A DNA stretch of 64,000 bases. Source: an uncultured Gemmatimonadaceae bacterium (GTDB taxonomy: Bacteria; Gemmatimonadota; Gemmatimonadetes; Gemmatimonadales; Gemmatimonadaceae). The position numbers and the translations under genes were made by a program. How positions within the stretch are numbered: position 1 is the first letter of the stretch; every line of letters starts with the position of its first letter. A model generated the notes under the pieces. The model was given only the letters and a program-made list of their open reading frames with translations. It was not told the origin of the DNA and made no database searches. This document shows, one piece after another, positions 22,325 to 32,592 of the stretch. The DNA lies in NCBI GenBank assembly GCA_963740355.1, contig CAVUDW010000003.1, forward strand, positions 2,272,001-2,336,000, read 5' to 3'.

Positions 22325-23626
22325 ATGCACCGCTATTTCGAGTTCGCCAGGTACAAGACGAGTTACCGCCAGGAAATTGTGGCGGGCCTGACGACCTTCC
22401 TCACGATGGCCTACATCATCATCGTGAATCCGGCCATTCTGCAGGCCGCCGGCCTCCCGAAGGACGCGTCGATCACCGCCACCATCATCTCGGCCGCCTT
22501 TGGCACGCTGGTAATGGGCGTCTACGCGAAAAAGCCGTTTGCCATCGCGCCATACATGGGCGAAAACGCCTTCATCGCCTTCACCGTCGTGAAAGGCATG
22601 GGCTTCCCATGGCAAACGGCCCTCGGCGCCATCTTCCTCGCCGGCGTGTTGTTCACCGTGTTGACCGTCTTCCGGGTGCGAAGCTGGTTGGCCAACGCCA
22701 TTCCCCTCTCGCTGAAGCACAGCTTCGCGGTCGGGATCGGCCTGTTCCTGACGTTCATCGGGCTGAACGAAGTGGGCGTCGTGGCGCTGGGCGTGCCGGG
22801 CGCTCCGGTGGCACTGGGTCATGTCACAAGCCCTGCAACGCTGCTCGCCATCCTCGGCTTCACCATCACGATCTGGCTGTTGGTGAAGAAGGTGCCTGGC
22901 GCGTTGATCGCCGGCATCCTCGTCACCACGGTGCTCTCGTTCATCGGCGGCGTGACGCCGCTACCCAGTGCCCTCGTCAGCATGCCACCGAGTCTTGCGC
23001 CAATTCTCGGTCAACTCGATATCGCTGGCGCGTTGACGCTGAAGGGCCTGCCGGTGGTGGTGATCATCTTCGTCATGGCGTTCGTCGATACCATCGGCAC
23101 CCTCATCGGCCTCTCGGCGCGCGCCGGCTTCCTCGATGACAAGGGCAACCTGCCAGAGATCGAGAAGCCGATGATGGCCGACGCGCTCGCCAATCTCGTG
23201 GCGCCATTCGTCGGCACGACCACCAGCGGCGCGTTCGTCGAATCGGCAGCCGGCATCGAGGAAGGTGGGCGCACAGGCTTCACCGCGGTCGTGGTGGCAG
23301 CACTGTTCCTGTTGTCGCTGTTCTTCGCCCCACTCTTCACGGCCATTCCACCGCATGCGTATGGCATCGCGCTGGTGGCGATCGGCAGCCTCATGATCGC
23401 GCCCGTCGCGAAGCTCGATTTCACTGACTACACCGAGCTCATACCCGCATTTCTCACGATCGTGTTGATCAGCTTCACCTACAACGTGGGCGTCGGGCTG
23501 ACCGCAGGGTTGCTGATCTATCCCGTCCTCAAGTTGATCACCGGACGTGTGCGCGAAGTCTCGCCACCGCTCTGGGTGCTGGCGGGCATGTCACTGGTGT
23601 TCTTCCTCGTCTACCCGTATCACTGA
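22325..23626 (+). CDS. NCS2/AzgA-family purine permease
   Basis: AGLTTFLTMAYIIIVNP, APYMGENAF, DTIGT, ESAAGIEEGGRTG. Confidence 0.93.
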   Translation: MHRYFEFARYKTSYRQEIVAGLTTFLTMAYIIIVNPAILQAAGLPKDASITATIISAAFGTLVMGVYAKKPFAIAPYMGENAFIAFTVVKGMGFPWQTALGAIFLAGVLFTVLTVFRVRSWLANAIPLSLKHSFAVGIGLFLTFIGLNEVGVVALGVPGAPVALGHVTSPATLLAILGFTITIWLLVKKVPGALIAGILVTTVLSFIGGVTPLPSALVSMPPSLAPILGQLDIAGALTLKGLPVVVIIFVMAFVDTIGTLIGLSARAGFLDDKGNLPEIEKPMMADALANLVAPFVGTTTSGAFVESAAGIEEGGRTGFTAVVVAALFLLSLFFAPLFTAIPPHAYGIALVAIGSLMIAPVAKLDFTDYTELIPAFLTIVLISFTYNVGVGLTAGLLIYPVLKLITGRVREVSPPLWVLAGMSLVFFLVYPYH

Positions 23627-23650
23627 TGTCGGTACACAGGCCAGCGCGGG

Positions 23651-24097
23651 TTACGGCACACGCACCGTAAAGACCGCCGGTTGTGATGTGATACCGCTGC
23701 CACTGCCCGTGATGGAGATGTTGGTCGTGGACGTCGGCATGCCGGCGGCGACCGTCACCGTCAGTGACGTACTGACCGCACTGGGCGAGACGGTGGGTGA
23801 TGCAAAGGCCACCGTGATGCCTGCCGGGAGCCCTGTGGCGGCCAGCGACACCGCGCCGGCGAAGTTGCCGCCGCGGGTCACCGCGAGACCTGCGCTGCCG
23901 CTTGCACCCGGCGCCACCGTCACGCTGGACGGTGTCAGGTTCACCGTGATCGTGCCCGTGACAACGGGCGGTGCCACTGAGCCGTTGCTACTACTGCTGC
24001 ACCCAGCCAGCGCCACGACAGCCAGCGCCGTGACAGACAGCGCCGCGAGGATCGAGGGTCGCAACTGGCGGCGAACTACACCAAGCATTGTCGTCAT
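23651..24097 (-). CDS. Putative lipoprotein with Ig-like domain
   Basis: LAGC lipobox; S/T/V-rich beta domain (VSLAATGLPAGIT). Confidence 0.7.
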   Translation of the reverse strand: MTTMLGVVRRQLRPSILAALSVTALAVVALAGCSSSSNGSVAPPVVTGTITVNLTPSSVTVAPGASGSAGLAVTRGGNFAGAVSLAATGLPAGITVAFASPTVSPSAVSTSLTVTVAAGMPTSTTNISITGSGSGITSQPAVFTVRVP

Positions 24098-24214
24098 TCG
24101 AATCCCTGAGAGACGGGTGACACCCCTTCGATCTGGAAACTGTCGTACACCACAGAGCGCCGCCATGCGACCGGTCGCTCCGCGCGTGGAGGCCTGCCAC
24201 TACGATACGACGCC

Positions 24215-25531
24215 ATGACACCAGAAACGACGCCAGACGCCGCCCCCGACCCGATGCCCCGCTGGCCGCTCTGGCAGCGCATCGCCTTCCGGTTCATCGC
24301 AGTCGCCTTGCCGTTGCTGATCATCCCGAATCTGATCGCCAGCTGGATCAAGCCGCTCGACACGGGAATCGACGCCGCCGTGGAGGCCGCCAACACGCAC
24401 CTCTTCCATGTCCGGCCGGTCCTGATCGCGCCCAATGGCAGCGGTGACACCTCGTGGTCGTATGCACATCTGTGGCTCGTCCTGCTGATCGCGACCGTGG
24501 CCACGGTCGTGTGGAGCGTGCTCGATGCTCGGCGTGCGGCGTACCCACGCGCCGCGTATGCGCTCCGTACGCTGCTTCGGTATCAACTCGCCAGCGCTGC
24601 GCTGACATACGGGATCATCAAGATTTTCGCACTGCAGATGACATTCCCCGCGCTGAGCCAGCTCGCCACGCCGCTCGGTGACTTCCTGCCGATGCGTTTC
24701 TCGTGGTTGTTCATCGGCTATTCCGTGCCGTACCAGGTTTTCTGCGGCGTGATGGAGACGATGGCTGGCCTGCTGTTGCTCTGGCGTCGATCCGTCACAC
24801 TCGGCCTGATCTTCGCGTCGGCGGCCTTCATGAACGTGCTGCTACTCAACCTCGCCTACGACGTGCCGGTGAAGCTGTACGCCTCACAGTTGCTGATCAC
24901 CAGTGCCATCCTGCTGGCGATGGATGCGCCGCGGCTGATCAACGGCTTGCTGCTCAACTCCCCGACACCACACTCCACGCTCTACCAACCGCCTTTCACC
25001 AGCGCACGCGCACGCGTGGTCGGCTGGCTCGCAAAGGCTGCGATCGTCGTCTACATCCTGTTTCTTCCACTGCAGAGCACCTGGGAGCGGGCGAGGTCGA
25101 ACGCCGCGCAAGCCGCCATGGCTGCCATTCCTCTCCCGGTCGGCGTGTACGACGTGACGCGATTCGTGCTCAAGGGCGATACCATCCCCGCACTGATCAG
25201 CGATACCACGCGCTGGCGCGACTTCATCATCGACAATGCACGACAGGGCAGCGTCGGAACGACTGACACCCTGTTCTGGCAGCGGTATCGACGCGGCTAC
25301 TTCCGCTTCAAGGCCGATACGGCGAAGCACATGCTCACCGTCTGGCGCACATCGATGCTGCAGGACAGCACACCGGTCTTCACCGCGCGCTACGCCGTTC
25401 GCGACAGCACGTCGGCGCAACTCTGGACCACGCTCCGCGGCGACTCCCTCTACGTCGAACTCGTGCGCAGCCCGCGGCATTTCCAGCTCGCCGAGCGACA
25501 GTTCCACTGGCTCTCGGAGTACAACCGCTAG
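24215..25531 (+). CDS. DoxX-like multi-pass membrane protein
   Basis: YGIIKIF..Q, TPLGDFLPMRFSWLFIGYS, NLAYDVPVK. Confidence 0.75.
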   Translation: MTPETTPDAAPDPMPRWPLWQRIAFRFIAVALPLLIIPNLIASWIKPLDTGIDAAVEAANTHLFHVRPVLIAPNGSGDTSWSYAHLWLVLLIATVATVVWSVLDARRAAYPRAAYALRTLLRYQLASAALTYGIIKIFALQMTFPALSQLATPLGDFLPMRFSWLFIGYSVPYQVFCGVMETMAGLLLLWRRSVTLGLIFASAAFMNVLLLNLAYDVPVKLYASQLLITSAILLAMDAPRLINGLLLNSPTPHSTLYQPPFTSARARVVGWLAKAAIVVYILFLPLQSTWERARSNAAQAAMAAIPLPVGVYDVTRFVLKGDTIPALISDTTRWRDFIIDNARQGSVGTTDTLFWQRYRRGYFRFKADTAKHMLTVWRTSMLQDSTPVFTARYAVRDSTSAQLWTTLRGDSLYVELVRSPRHFQLAERQFHWLSEYNR

Positions 25532-25682
25532 GGTCAGGGCGGAGGCGAGCGGAGCGACTGAACCCAGGCCGTCAGGGCGGCACGAACATGGGACAGGCGA
25601 CCGGCGTATCCACCATGTAAACTCACGTCACTGACGGCGCGCCAGCCTGTCAGCTGCCTCCTTCACTGTCGCTGGAGTTTCC

Positions 25683-26636
25683 ATGGACCGCCGTCAGTTC
25701 GTCCTCACCACTGCCGCTGCCGCGGCTGCCGGGCGCCTGCGCCTCGACGCCCCACCGACGCAGGCCGCGCGGATCGCCAACGTTGGCGTGCAGCTGTTCT
25801 CGGTGCCGAAGCTGCTCGAGAAGGACTTCCGGGCCGGCATCGCCATGCTGGCAGGTCTGGGCTACCGCGAAATCGAGATGTACGGCCCCTTCGCCTTCAG
25901 CGCACCGGAAGCGATCGCTGGCTGGGCCGCCGTCACGCCGCAGCTCGGGTTCAGCGGCAGCGGCTTCTTCGGGCTCACCGCAGCGCAGGTGCGCGCGATC
26001 CTCGACGAAAATCACATCACTGCGCCATCGGTGCACACCGACTGGGCGACGCTGCAGACGGGTATGGGCCGCCTCGCCGACGCCGCACACACCGTCGGCT
26101 ACACCTACGTCGGCTTGCCGTCCATTCCACCTGACCTGCGCAAGAATCTCGACGACTACAAGCGCATGGCCGACAACTTCAACAAGGTCGGTGCGGAAGC
26201 GAAACGCCTCGGCCTCAAGTTCGCGTACCACAACCACGGCTACGGCCTGCACGAGATGGAAGGGCAGATTCCGCTCCACCTGCTCTTGAAGAACACCGAC
26301 AAGGATCTGGTCTTCTTCGAGATGGATATTTTCTGGACCGTGGCCGGCGGTGCCAATCCGGTCGAACTGCTGCGCACGAACCCGGGACGCTACCATCTCA
26401 TGCACGTGAAGGACATGAAGGCAATCCACCACTTCAGCGGTGACGGTGGCGACTCCAATCAGTGGATCGAGTTGTTCCAGTACATGACCACCGCTGGTGA
26501 CGGCGTGATGGAGCTGCCGGCGATCATCGCAGCCGGCAAGGCGAATGGCGTCAAGCACTTCTTCGTCGAGCAGGACATGGTGGCGAACCCGGACGTCGCG
26601 TTGAAGCGCAGCATCGACTACGTGAAGACGCTGTAG
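25683..26636 (+). CDS. Sugar-phosphate isomerase/epimerase (TIM barrel), Tat-exported
   Basis: MDRRQFV twin-Arg signal; GVQLFSV, YHNH, EMDIFW, HVKD, VEQD. Confidence 0.9.
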   Translation: MDRRQFVLTTAAAAAAGRLRLDAPPTQAARIANVGVQLFSVPKLLEKDFRAGIAMLAGLGYREIEMYGPFAFSAPEAIAGWAAVTPQLGFSGSGFFGLTAAQVRAILDENHITAPSVHTDWATLQTGMGRLADAAHTVGYTYVGLPSIPPDLRKNLDDYKRMADNFNKVGAEAKRLGLKFAYHNHGYGLHEMEGQIPLHLLLKNTDKDLVFFEMDIFWTVAGGANPVELLRTNPGRYHLMHVKDMKAIHHFSGDGGDSNQWIELFQYMTTAGDGVMELPAIIAAGKANGVKHFFVEQDMVANPDVALKRSIDYVKTL

Positions 26637-26712
26637 CGGTGCGCCTGGAGGCAGGCGGTTAGACTTCGCACCGTCCACCCGCCTGCACCTTCGCTTCCCG
26701 TCGTCGCCATTC

Positions 26713-27579
26713 GTGTCACCCAGCATCGCCGTTCTCTCGCAGTACCTGCTGCCGAAGACCGCATTGACCACGCTTGCCGGTCGCGCCGCCAGTGCGCGAC
26801 TGGGCGGCGTCACGACCTCGTTCATCCGATGGTTCGTGAAGCAGTATGACGTCGACATGCGCGAGGCCGCCGATCCGGATGTGGCGCACTACAGCAGCTT
26901 CAACGAGTTCTTCACCCGACCGCTGAAGGCAGGCGCACGTCCCATCGCCGCTGCAGACCTCGTCTGCCCGGTTGACGGCGCGATCAGCCAGTGTGGTCCG
27001 ATTGACGGCGACCAGATCTTCCAGGCCAAGGGGCATCACTACTCCACCACCGCGCTCGTCGCCGGCGACGCAACGTTGGCGGCACAGTTCACCGATGGCG
27101 TCTTTGCCACGATCTATCTCAGCCCGAAGGACTACCATCGGATTCACATGCCCTGTGACGGCACGCTGAAGAAGATGGTCTACGTGCCGGGCGATCTCTT
27201 TTCGGTCAACCCGGCCACCGCACGTGGGGTGCCGGGGCTCTTTGCACGGAACGAACGTGTGGTCTGCGTCTTCGACAGCCCCGCCGGGCCGTTCGTGCTT
27301 GTGCTTGTTGGTGCCACCATCGTTGGCAGCATGGCGACCGTCTGGCATGGCACGATCAATCCACCGCGCTCGGGCAGTGTGCGGGAATGGACCTACGACG
27401 ACGGCGCCGTCACGCTGAAACAGGGTGATGAAATGGGCCGCTTCCTGCTCGGCTCAACGGTCGTGCTGCTCTTCGGCAAGGACCGCGTGCTGCTCAACCC
27501 CCTGTGGAAGACCGAGCGCACTGTGCGTCTCGGTGAAGTGATGGGCACCTATCCTGCGCGCGAGTCAATGATCGGCTGA
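26713..27579 (+). CDS. psd: Phosphatidylserine decarboxylase proenzyme
   Basis: SFNEFFTR, YLSPKDYHRIHMP, LFARNERV, VGATIVGS, LGST autocleavage motif. Confidence 0.95.
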   Translation: MSPSIAVLSQYLLPKTALTTLAGRAASARLGGVTTSFIRWFVKQYDVDMREAADPDVAHYSSFNEFFTRPLKAGARPIAAADLVCPVDGAISQCGPIDGDQIFQAKGHHYSTTALVAGDATLAAQFTDGVFATIYLSPKDYHRIHMPCDGTLKKMVYVPGDLFSVNPATARGVPGLFARNERVVCVFDSPAGPFVLVLVGATIVGSMATVWHGTINPPRSGSVREWTYDDGAVTLKQGDEMGRFLLGSTVVLLFGKDRVLLNPLWKTERTVRLGEVMGTYPARESMIG

Positions 27580-27584
27580 GCCGC

Positions 27585-28070
27585 TCATTTCGCTCGACGC
27601 GGGCGTTGCTTCGCAGAAATCGACTTGATGATCAGCTTGCCGCGTCCCGACGATGCAAGGGCGCGCGGCGCCTCCAGTTCTGCGGCCCGAAGCAGATCGA
27701 GCACTGCAGGTTCTTCCAGCATCGCGGGGCCCGTCAATCGAAGGAATCGATGCTGATTGCCTTCGCCGAGGAGGATGCCAGATGGATCCGGGAGCGATGC
27801 GCCTCGGAAAAACGACATCGCGACGCCCTTCGGCGACACTGCCAGCGACACCAGGCAGTCCGACGTTCGCTCGCTGGCGGAATACCCTACGGCGAGGAAC
27901 TGGTAGTTGTCATACACCAGCTCATTCGCGGTTGGAAATCGCTTTCGCACGGCCGCCCGCAGTTCACGGAACAGGCGACCCACAGCCGGATCGTACTTCG
28001 CGACAAAACCGGCGAGTTGTGTCGAGGGAGTCGATCCCGTGGTAGCTGCAGCCTTCTTCGAGGCGGACAT
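27585..28070 (-). CDS. DUF1801-like protein
   Basis: ELVYDNY, LPDP..ILLGEGNQ, IKSISAKQRPRR. Confidence 0.75.
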   Translation of the reverse strand: MSASKKAAATTGSTPSTQLAGFVAKYDPAVGRLFRELRAAVRKRFPTANELVYDNYQFLAVGYSASERTSDCLVSLAVSPKGVAMSFFRGASLPDPSGILLGEGNQHRFLRLTGPAMLEEPAVLDLLRAAELEAPRALASSGRGKLIIKSISAKQRPRRAK

Positions 28071-28190
28071 CGGCGCTCCATGGCGTGATGGTGCAACTTC
28101 TTGCACACGACCTGGCGGCTAGCACGCACCGACTGCGACAAGTGCCCTGCCCAACCGGTAGGCAGCCGCTCCCAACTCATTCCGTGGCAT

Positions 28191-28655
28191 TCACACCTCC
28201 TGCATGTGTAGAAGCGGAAACGGCCTCCCGCCCCCGTCCAGCTCCGATCGACCGACGACGCTGAACCCCTGCGCCTCGTAGAACTTCCGCGCCTCGGGAT
28301 TCTGTTCGTTGACGTCCACGCGCAACGCACCGTGCAGGGCGCGGGCATGCGCCAGGAGCAGTCGACCGCCGCCACGTCGGCTCCACTCGGGCGCGATGAA
28401 CAGCGCTTCCACTGACGCGCCGTCCAGCCCCATGAATCCCACTGGTGTCTCGCCCGACGTCAGCACCCATAGCGACAGCTGCGGCAAGGCCAGGTCACGG
28501 ACGACCGGGTACAACTCGTCGATGTCCACGGCGCTCAGGAAGGTGTGCGTCTCACGAACGGCGCGCAGCCAGATGTCCAGCAACAGCGCATGATCCGTGG
28601 CGCTGCCTTCCCGAATGCGCAGCGATGTGTCGGAGGCGGCGGCAGGATCCCCCAC
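28191..28655 (-). CDS. GNAT acetyltransferase (YjaB-like)
   Basis: AVRETHTFL, VEALFIAP, VDVNEQNPEARKFY. Confidence 0.88.
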   Translation of the reverse strand: MGDPAAASDTSLRIREGSATDHALLLDIWLRAVRETHTFLSAVDIDELYPVVRDLALPQLSLWVLTSGETPVGFMGLDGASVEALFIAPEWSRRGGGRLLLAHARALHGALRVDVNEQNPEARKFYEAQGFSVVGRSELDGGGRPFPLLHMQEV

Positions 28656-28657
28656 GA

Positions 28658-29710
28658 TCAGTAGACGCTTCCCGTCGATGAGGTCAGCGCACCACTGGCC
28701 GCCGACAAGGTGTACGGCACGGCATCCGCAGTCGTCCACGTCGCAATGTTGAACTGCTTGCCCACCGGCACGTGCACGGTCGTCACCGGTCGAAAGACGA
28801 GCGGGGTCGATGGCTGGCAGACCCGCGTCGTCGGCGTCGCGACGCTGAGAAAGTAGACGCCGTTGCCGCTGCCGAAGACCGTCGCCGCACCAGTCCGTGT
28901 CACTCCCAGCGCCGACGTTTCATCGACCGCAATGCCACGCGGCGACGGCGACTGACCATCCTGCTGCAGTCGCGCGAGGAAGGTCACGCTCCGACCCATC
29001 CGATCCCGGGTCACGAAATGACTATCGGTGATCAGGTTCTGCAGCAGCGGGACCGTGAACAGCGAGCGTGCGAAGGTCACGCTTGCGTCGTACGGATTTG
29101 CCAGCACGGTCGCGGAGACGGATGAGACGTTGAGCGCGGAATACACGAACTCGCCCATCACGGCGAGGCCCGCGCTCGTGCCGCCGATCGGATATCCTGC
29201 CGCGACGCGCGCATTGACGGCGGTCTGCAGCGCCGTACCCGCCCACAGGTTTACATACGTCGATTGATCGCCGCCGGCCACGAAGACGACCTCCGCCTTC
29301 GCGATCGCATTGCTCACGTACGCGCTGTTGGCACCGGCAACGCTCGTGATCACGATCGACGTCACCGAGTTGGCACCAAAATTCATCAGGTACTTGTTGT
29401 AGCCGTTGGTGCCACTGGTGCGCAGCACCACCACGTCGCCATACAGGTTGGTGCCACGCGCGCCACCTTGTGCCAGCAACCAGCGCATGCCGACGTCGCT
29501 GTCGGTGCCACCACCGGCGAGCAGCGCGCCACCGAGCGGTGTGGTGACGGCATTGGTCGAACTGCCGGAGACATAGGCGGTGTAGCCCGGATCGGGCTTC
29601 GCTGCCAGGCTGACGTTCGACGGCAACGGCTCCTTCGTCGCGGTCGGCGAACCTGCACAGGCGGCGAGCACACTACAGACGACCATCGAAACACAGAGGC
29701 GACGAAACAC
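28658..29710 (-). CDS. Cyanophycinase-like S51 peptidase, putative lipoprotein
   Basis: LAAC lipobox; AGGDQS, GGTSAG, TDSHF..RDRMGR, IAVDE. Confidence 0.85.
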   Translation of the reverse strand: MFRRLCVSMVVCSVLAACAGSPTATKEPLPSNVSLAAKPDPGYTAYVSGSSTNAVTTPLGGALLAGGGTDSDVGMRWLLAQGGARGTNLYGDVVVLRTSGTNGYNKYLMNFGANSVTSIVITSVAGANSAYVSNAIAKAEVVFVAGGDQSTYVNLWAGTALQTAVNARVAAGYPIGGTSAGLAVMGEFVYSALNVSSVSATVLANPYDASVTFARSLFTVPLLQNLITDSHFVTRDRMGRSVTFLARLQQDGQSPSPRGIAVDETSALGVTRTGAATVFGSGNGVYFLSVATPTTRVCQPSTPLVFRPVTTVHVPVGKQFNIATWTTADAVPYTLSAASGALTSSTGSVY

Positions 29711-29765
29711 TTTACGCTCGCGGTGTGAGAAGCTGAACAGGAACTGCACAAGGAACGCTCGCACG

Positions 29766-30738
29766 TTACGCCGCAGGCATCGCGACCAACTCGCTGAAGA
29801 CACTGAGGTCGATGTTACCGCCCGACACGATCGCCACGATTGGTCCATTCCCCGCCTTGCCCGACAACGCAGCGGCCAGTGACAGCGCTCCCTGCACCTT
29901 CCGAGATCACCCGTGCCTTTTCCGCCAGCATTCGCAGCGCGCGACGGGTCTCCTCGATCGTCACCACCACGAAATCATCGGCGATCGGCTGCAGCCGCTC
30001 CCACATCCGCGGAAACATCATCCGCCCGCCGGCACCGTCCACGAACGTCGGCGTCCAGCCGGGAAATTCCTGCGCCGATCCCTTCGCGAACGACAACGCA
30101 GCCGGCGCGCCTGTTTCCGGTTCCACGCCGATCACGCGCACGTCTGGCTTCAGCGCCTTGATCGCACTGCCCACACCGACCAGCAGGCCACCGCCGCCGA
30201 CCGCGCCGATCACGGCGGTCACCGACGGGAGGTCCTCGAGAATCTCGAGGCCCATCGTCGCGTGTCCCGCAATGAAGTCGTGGTCGTCGAAGGGATGTAC
30301 GAAGACACCGTCCATGCCCGGATACGCACGCTCGCCCATGGCGGCCCACGCCACGTTCACCGGCACTGGGATCAACGTCGCGCCCAGCGCACGCATGCGA
30401 TCGAGCTTCGCCTTCGGTGCTGTCTCGAGCACGACGACCGTGCACGGAATACCCGCCTGGCGCGCCGCATACGCCACGCCTTGCCCGGCATTGCCGGCGC
30501 TGATCGTCCACACACCGCGCGCACGCTCGTCCGGCGGAATCAGTGCCACCGCGTTGGCCGCACCGCGCAGCTTGTAGGAATTGATCGGCTGCAGGTTCTC
30601 GAGCTTCAGGCGGATGTCGGGAAACTCCGGCCCGAGTTCCAGCTTCACCAGCGGCGTACGAATGACCGTCCCTGCAATTCGCTCACGCGCCGCGCGAATG
30701 TCAGCCAACGAGATCGCGCGAACATCGGTGTCGGTCAC
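29766..30738 (-). pseudogene. PLP-dependent threonine/serine dehydratase family, frameshifted near 29890
   Basis: SYKLRGA, SAGNAGQG, VGGGGL. After EGAG another frame continues ALSLAAAL...IVSGGNID to TAA at 29766. Confidence 0.85.
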
Positions 30739-31160
30739 GGCTTCCTGGCAGTCGTCGTGATTTCGATCACCCCTTTCTCGTGCCCCGGACCGCGCATCTG
30801 GATCGCGCGGTTCTGCTCCAGATATCGCATCTCGACGACGGATGACGCCTTCACGGTCTGCAGCACCTCGATCGAGGGCTGGCGATTGTCATCGATGTAG
30901 ATCACGACTTCCGTCGCACCGCCGCTCACACCACCATCCATGTTGGAATTGGATGTCCGTCCCCGCGACGGGCTGAGCCACTGCGGCCGCATCGTCCTGA
31001 TCACATCGAACGCCGTGTTCATGGTCCCCGAGGCTTCGGCCATGTCATCGGTCGTGATGCGATTGCGGTCGCCCCGCTTCTTGGCCTGTGCCTCGAGGTC
31101 GTGCGGCAACGCAAACACGGTCAGTACGAGCAGCAATCCAGCCAGCAAGAAGCGTCGCAT
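30735..31160 (-). CDS. Secreted small protein, TonB-plug-like
   Basis: Signal peptide; AFDVIRTMRPQWL, VVIYID, GVIEITT. Confidence 0.65.
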   Translation of the reverse strand: MRRFLLAGLLLVLTVFALPHDLEAQAKKRGDRNRITTDDMAEASGTMNTAFDVIRTMRPQWLSPSRGRTSNSNMDGGVSGGATEVVIYIDDNRQPSIEVLQTVKASSVVEMRYLEQNRAIQMRGPGHEKGVIEITTTARKP

Positions 31161-31334
31161 CGGGGTCTCCGCGGGAAGTAGGCGAATGGTCGAGTGTAGG
31201 CGTCACGCAGCGATCCGTCCACCCTGACGCCCCTCCACGCGCGACGGGCGCCGCTCCAGCAGCGAGCCCGGCCAAATCCATGTACTATTTCAATCACCTA
31301 TCGCCCTGGCCGCGTCTCACCCGGTGGAGTCCAC

Positions 31335-31943
31335 ATGCGTCCTGCTGTTGTCATCGCGTCGCTCGCACTCGCTGCGATTGCCTGTTCACGCACCAAACCA
31401 GCCAGCACCCCTGCGCCGGCCGGCGCCACACCGACCGTCGCTGCGGCCCCTGCGGGCACGCCACCCGCTGGCGCACCAGGTGCACCCGGCGGCCCCGCGG
31501 CGCCACGCCGCCGTGTGCCACCCAACCCGATGCAGCAGGACACCGTGCGGCGCGCCATGGTCGATTCCCTCCTCGGCACCATCGCTGGGCGCGAGAACGA
31601 ACCCGCCGGCACCGTCTTCAAGAACGTGAAGCTGCTCAAGGACATGCCCGCCGGCGAATTCCTTCGCACCATGGACACCCAATACGGCCGTGGGCTGGGC
31701 TGGACCTGCAGCAACTGTCACGTCGCCGGCAAGTTCGAGGACGACTCGAAGAAGAACAAGCGCCTCGCACGACAGATGCAGGAGATGCAGAACTACATCA
31801 ATCGCACGTCGCTTTCCGGCATGAAGGAACTCGACGTCGAGCACGACAACGCCACCTGCGTCATGTGCCACCACGGGGCGAACGAGCCGAAGGGCACGAT
31901 GGAAGTCCCGCTGCCGCTCGCTCCGGTTCGCACCAGCAACTAG
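31335..31943 (+). CDS. Diheme c-type cytochrome lipoprotein (RC-cytochrome-c-like)
   Basis: IAC lipobox, VFKNVKLL, two CXXCH motifs (CSNCH, CVMCH). Confidence 0.85.
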   Translation: MRPAVVIASLALAAIACSRTKPASTPAPAGATPTVAAAPAGTPPAGAPGAPGGPAAPRRRVPPNPMQQDTVRRAMVDSLLGTIAGRENEPAGTVFKNVKLLKDMPAGEFLRTMDTQYGRGLGWTCSNCHVAGKFEDDSKKNKRLARQMQEMQNYINRTSLSGMKELDVEHDNATCVMCHHGANEPKGTMEVPLPLAPVRTSN

Positions 31944-31963
31944 CCGCGCGCAGGCCTCTCGGA

Positions 31964-32002
31964 CCTGACCGCGCAGCACGCCCGCGTCAACGCGCGGTCA
32001 GG
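31964..32002. terminator. Hairpin between convergent genes
   Basis: CCTGACCGCGC ... GCGCGGTCAGG, 11-bp inverted repeat; no U-tract. Confidence 0.3.
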
Positions 32003-32044
32003 ACTCGGATTCCGTGTACCACGTTGCTGGTTTGCGGGACGGCA

Positions 32045-32521
32045 TCAGAGCGCCAGCTCCATTCGTATCTCCGCCCGCGCATAACCCGTGTCCGGCGGCA
32101 AAGGCACGAGACGAAAGCCAAGCTTCTCGTACAGGTGCAACGCCGGGCGGAGCTTGGAGTGTGTGAGCAGGATCAGCGTATGCGCGCCTGCCTCGCGCGC
32201 AAACCCGATCACCGCCTCGACCAGCAGCTTCCCCACGCCACGCCCCTGCGCTTCCGGCTCCACGGCCATCTTCGCCAACTCGAATACTCCCGCGGCCGTC
32301 GGAAGCGCCGCCACGGTGCCGATCACTCGCGTGCCGTCGAGCGCGAAGTAGACCTGCCCGCCAGGGGCGAGGATCGCGCCTTCGGGATCACTCAGCACCG
32401 CGATGTCCGGCGCTTCGAGCGTGAAGTATTCCGTGATCCATCGCGTGTTGAGTCGCGCAAAATCGGCAGCATAGTGCGCGGCATACGGCACGATCGTGAC
32501 AGCGTCGGGTGAGACAGTCAT
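32045..32521 (-). CDS. GNAT acetyltransferase
   Basis: ELAKMAV...QGRGVG, ALHLYEKLGF. Confidence 0.9.
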   Translation of the reverse strand: MTVSPDAVTIVPYAAHYAADFARLNTRWITEYFTLEAPDIAVLSDPEGAILAPGGQVYFALDGTRVIGTVAALPTAAGVFELAKMAVEPEAQGRGVGKLLVEAVIGFAREAGAHTLILLTHSKLRPALHLYEKLGFRLVPLPPDTGYARAEIRMELAL

Positions 32522-32592
32522 GGGGGCCGACAGATGGTTGCAACGCAGGGTGGCAGCGGTGCGTGAAGACGCCGTGCCTGGCACCGGACCAC

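Noticed and set aside
26645..26690. Hairpin containing GTTAGAC between the isomerase and psd
   Set aside because: No matching AAC core or L boxes; the heptamer is inside the hairpin, so not an attC.
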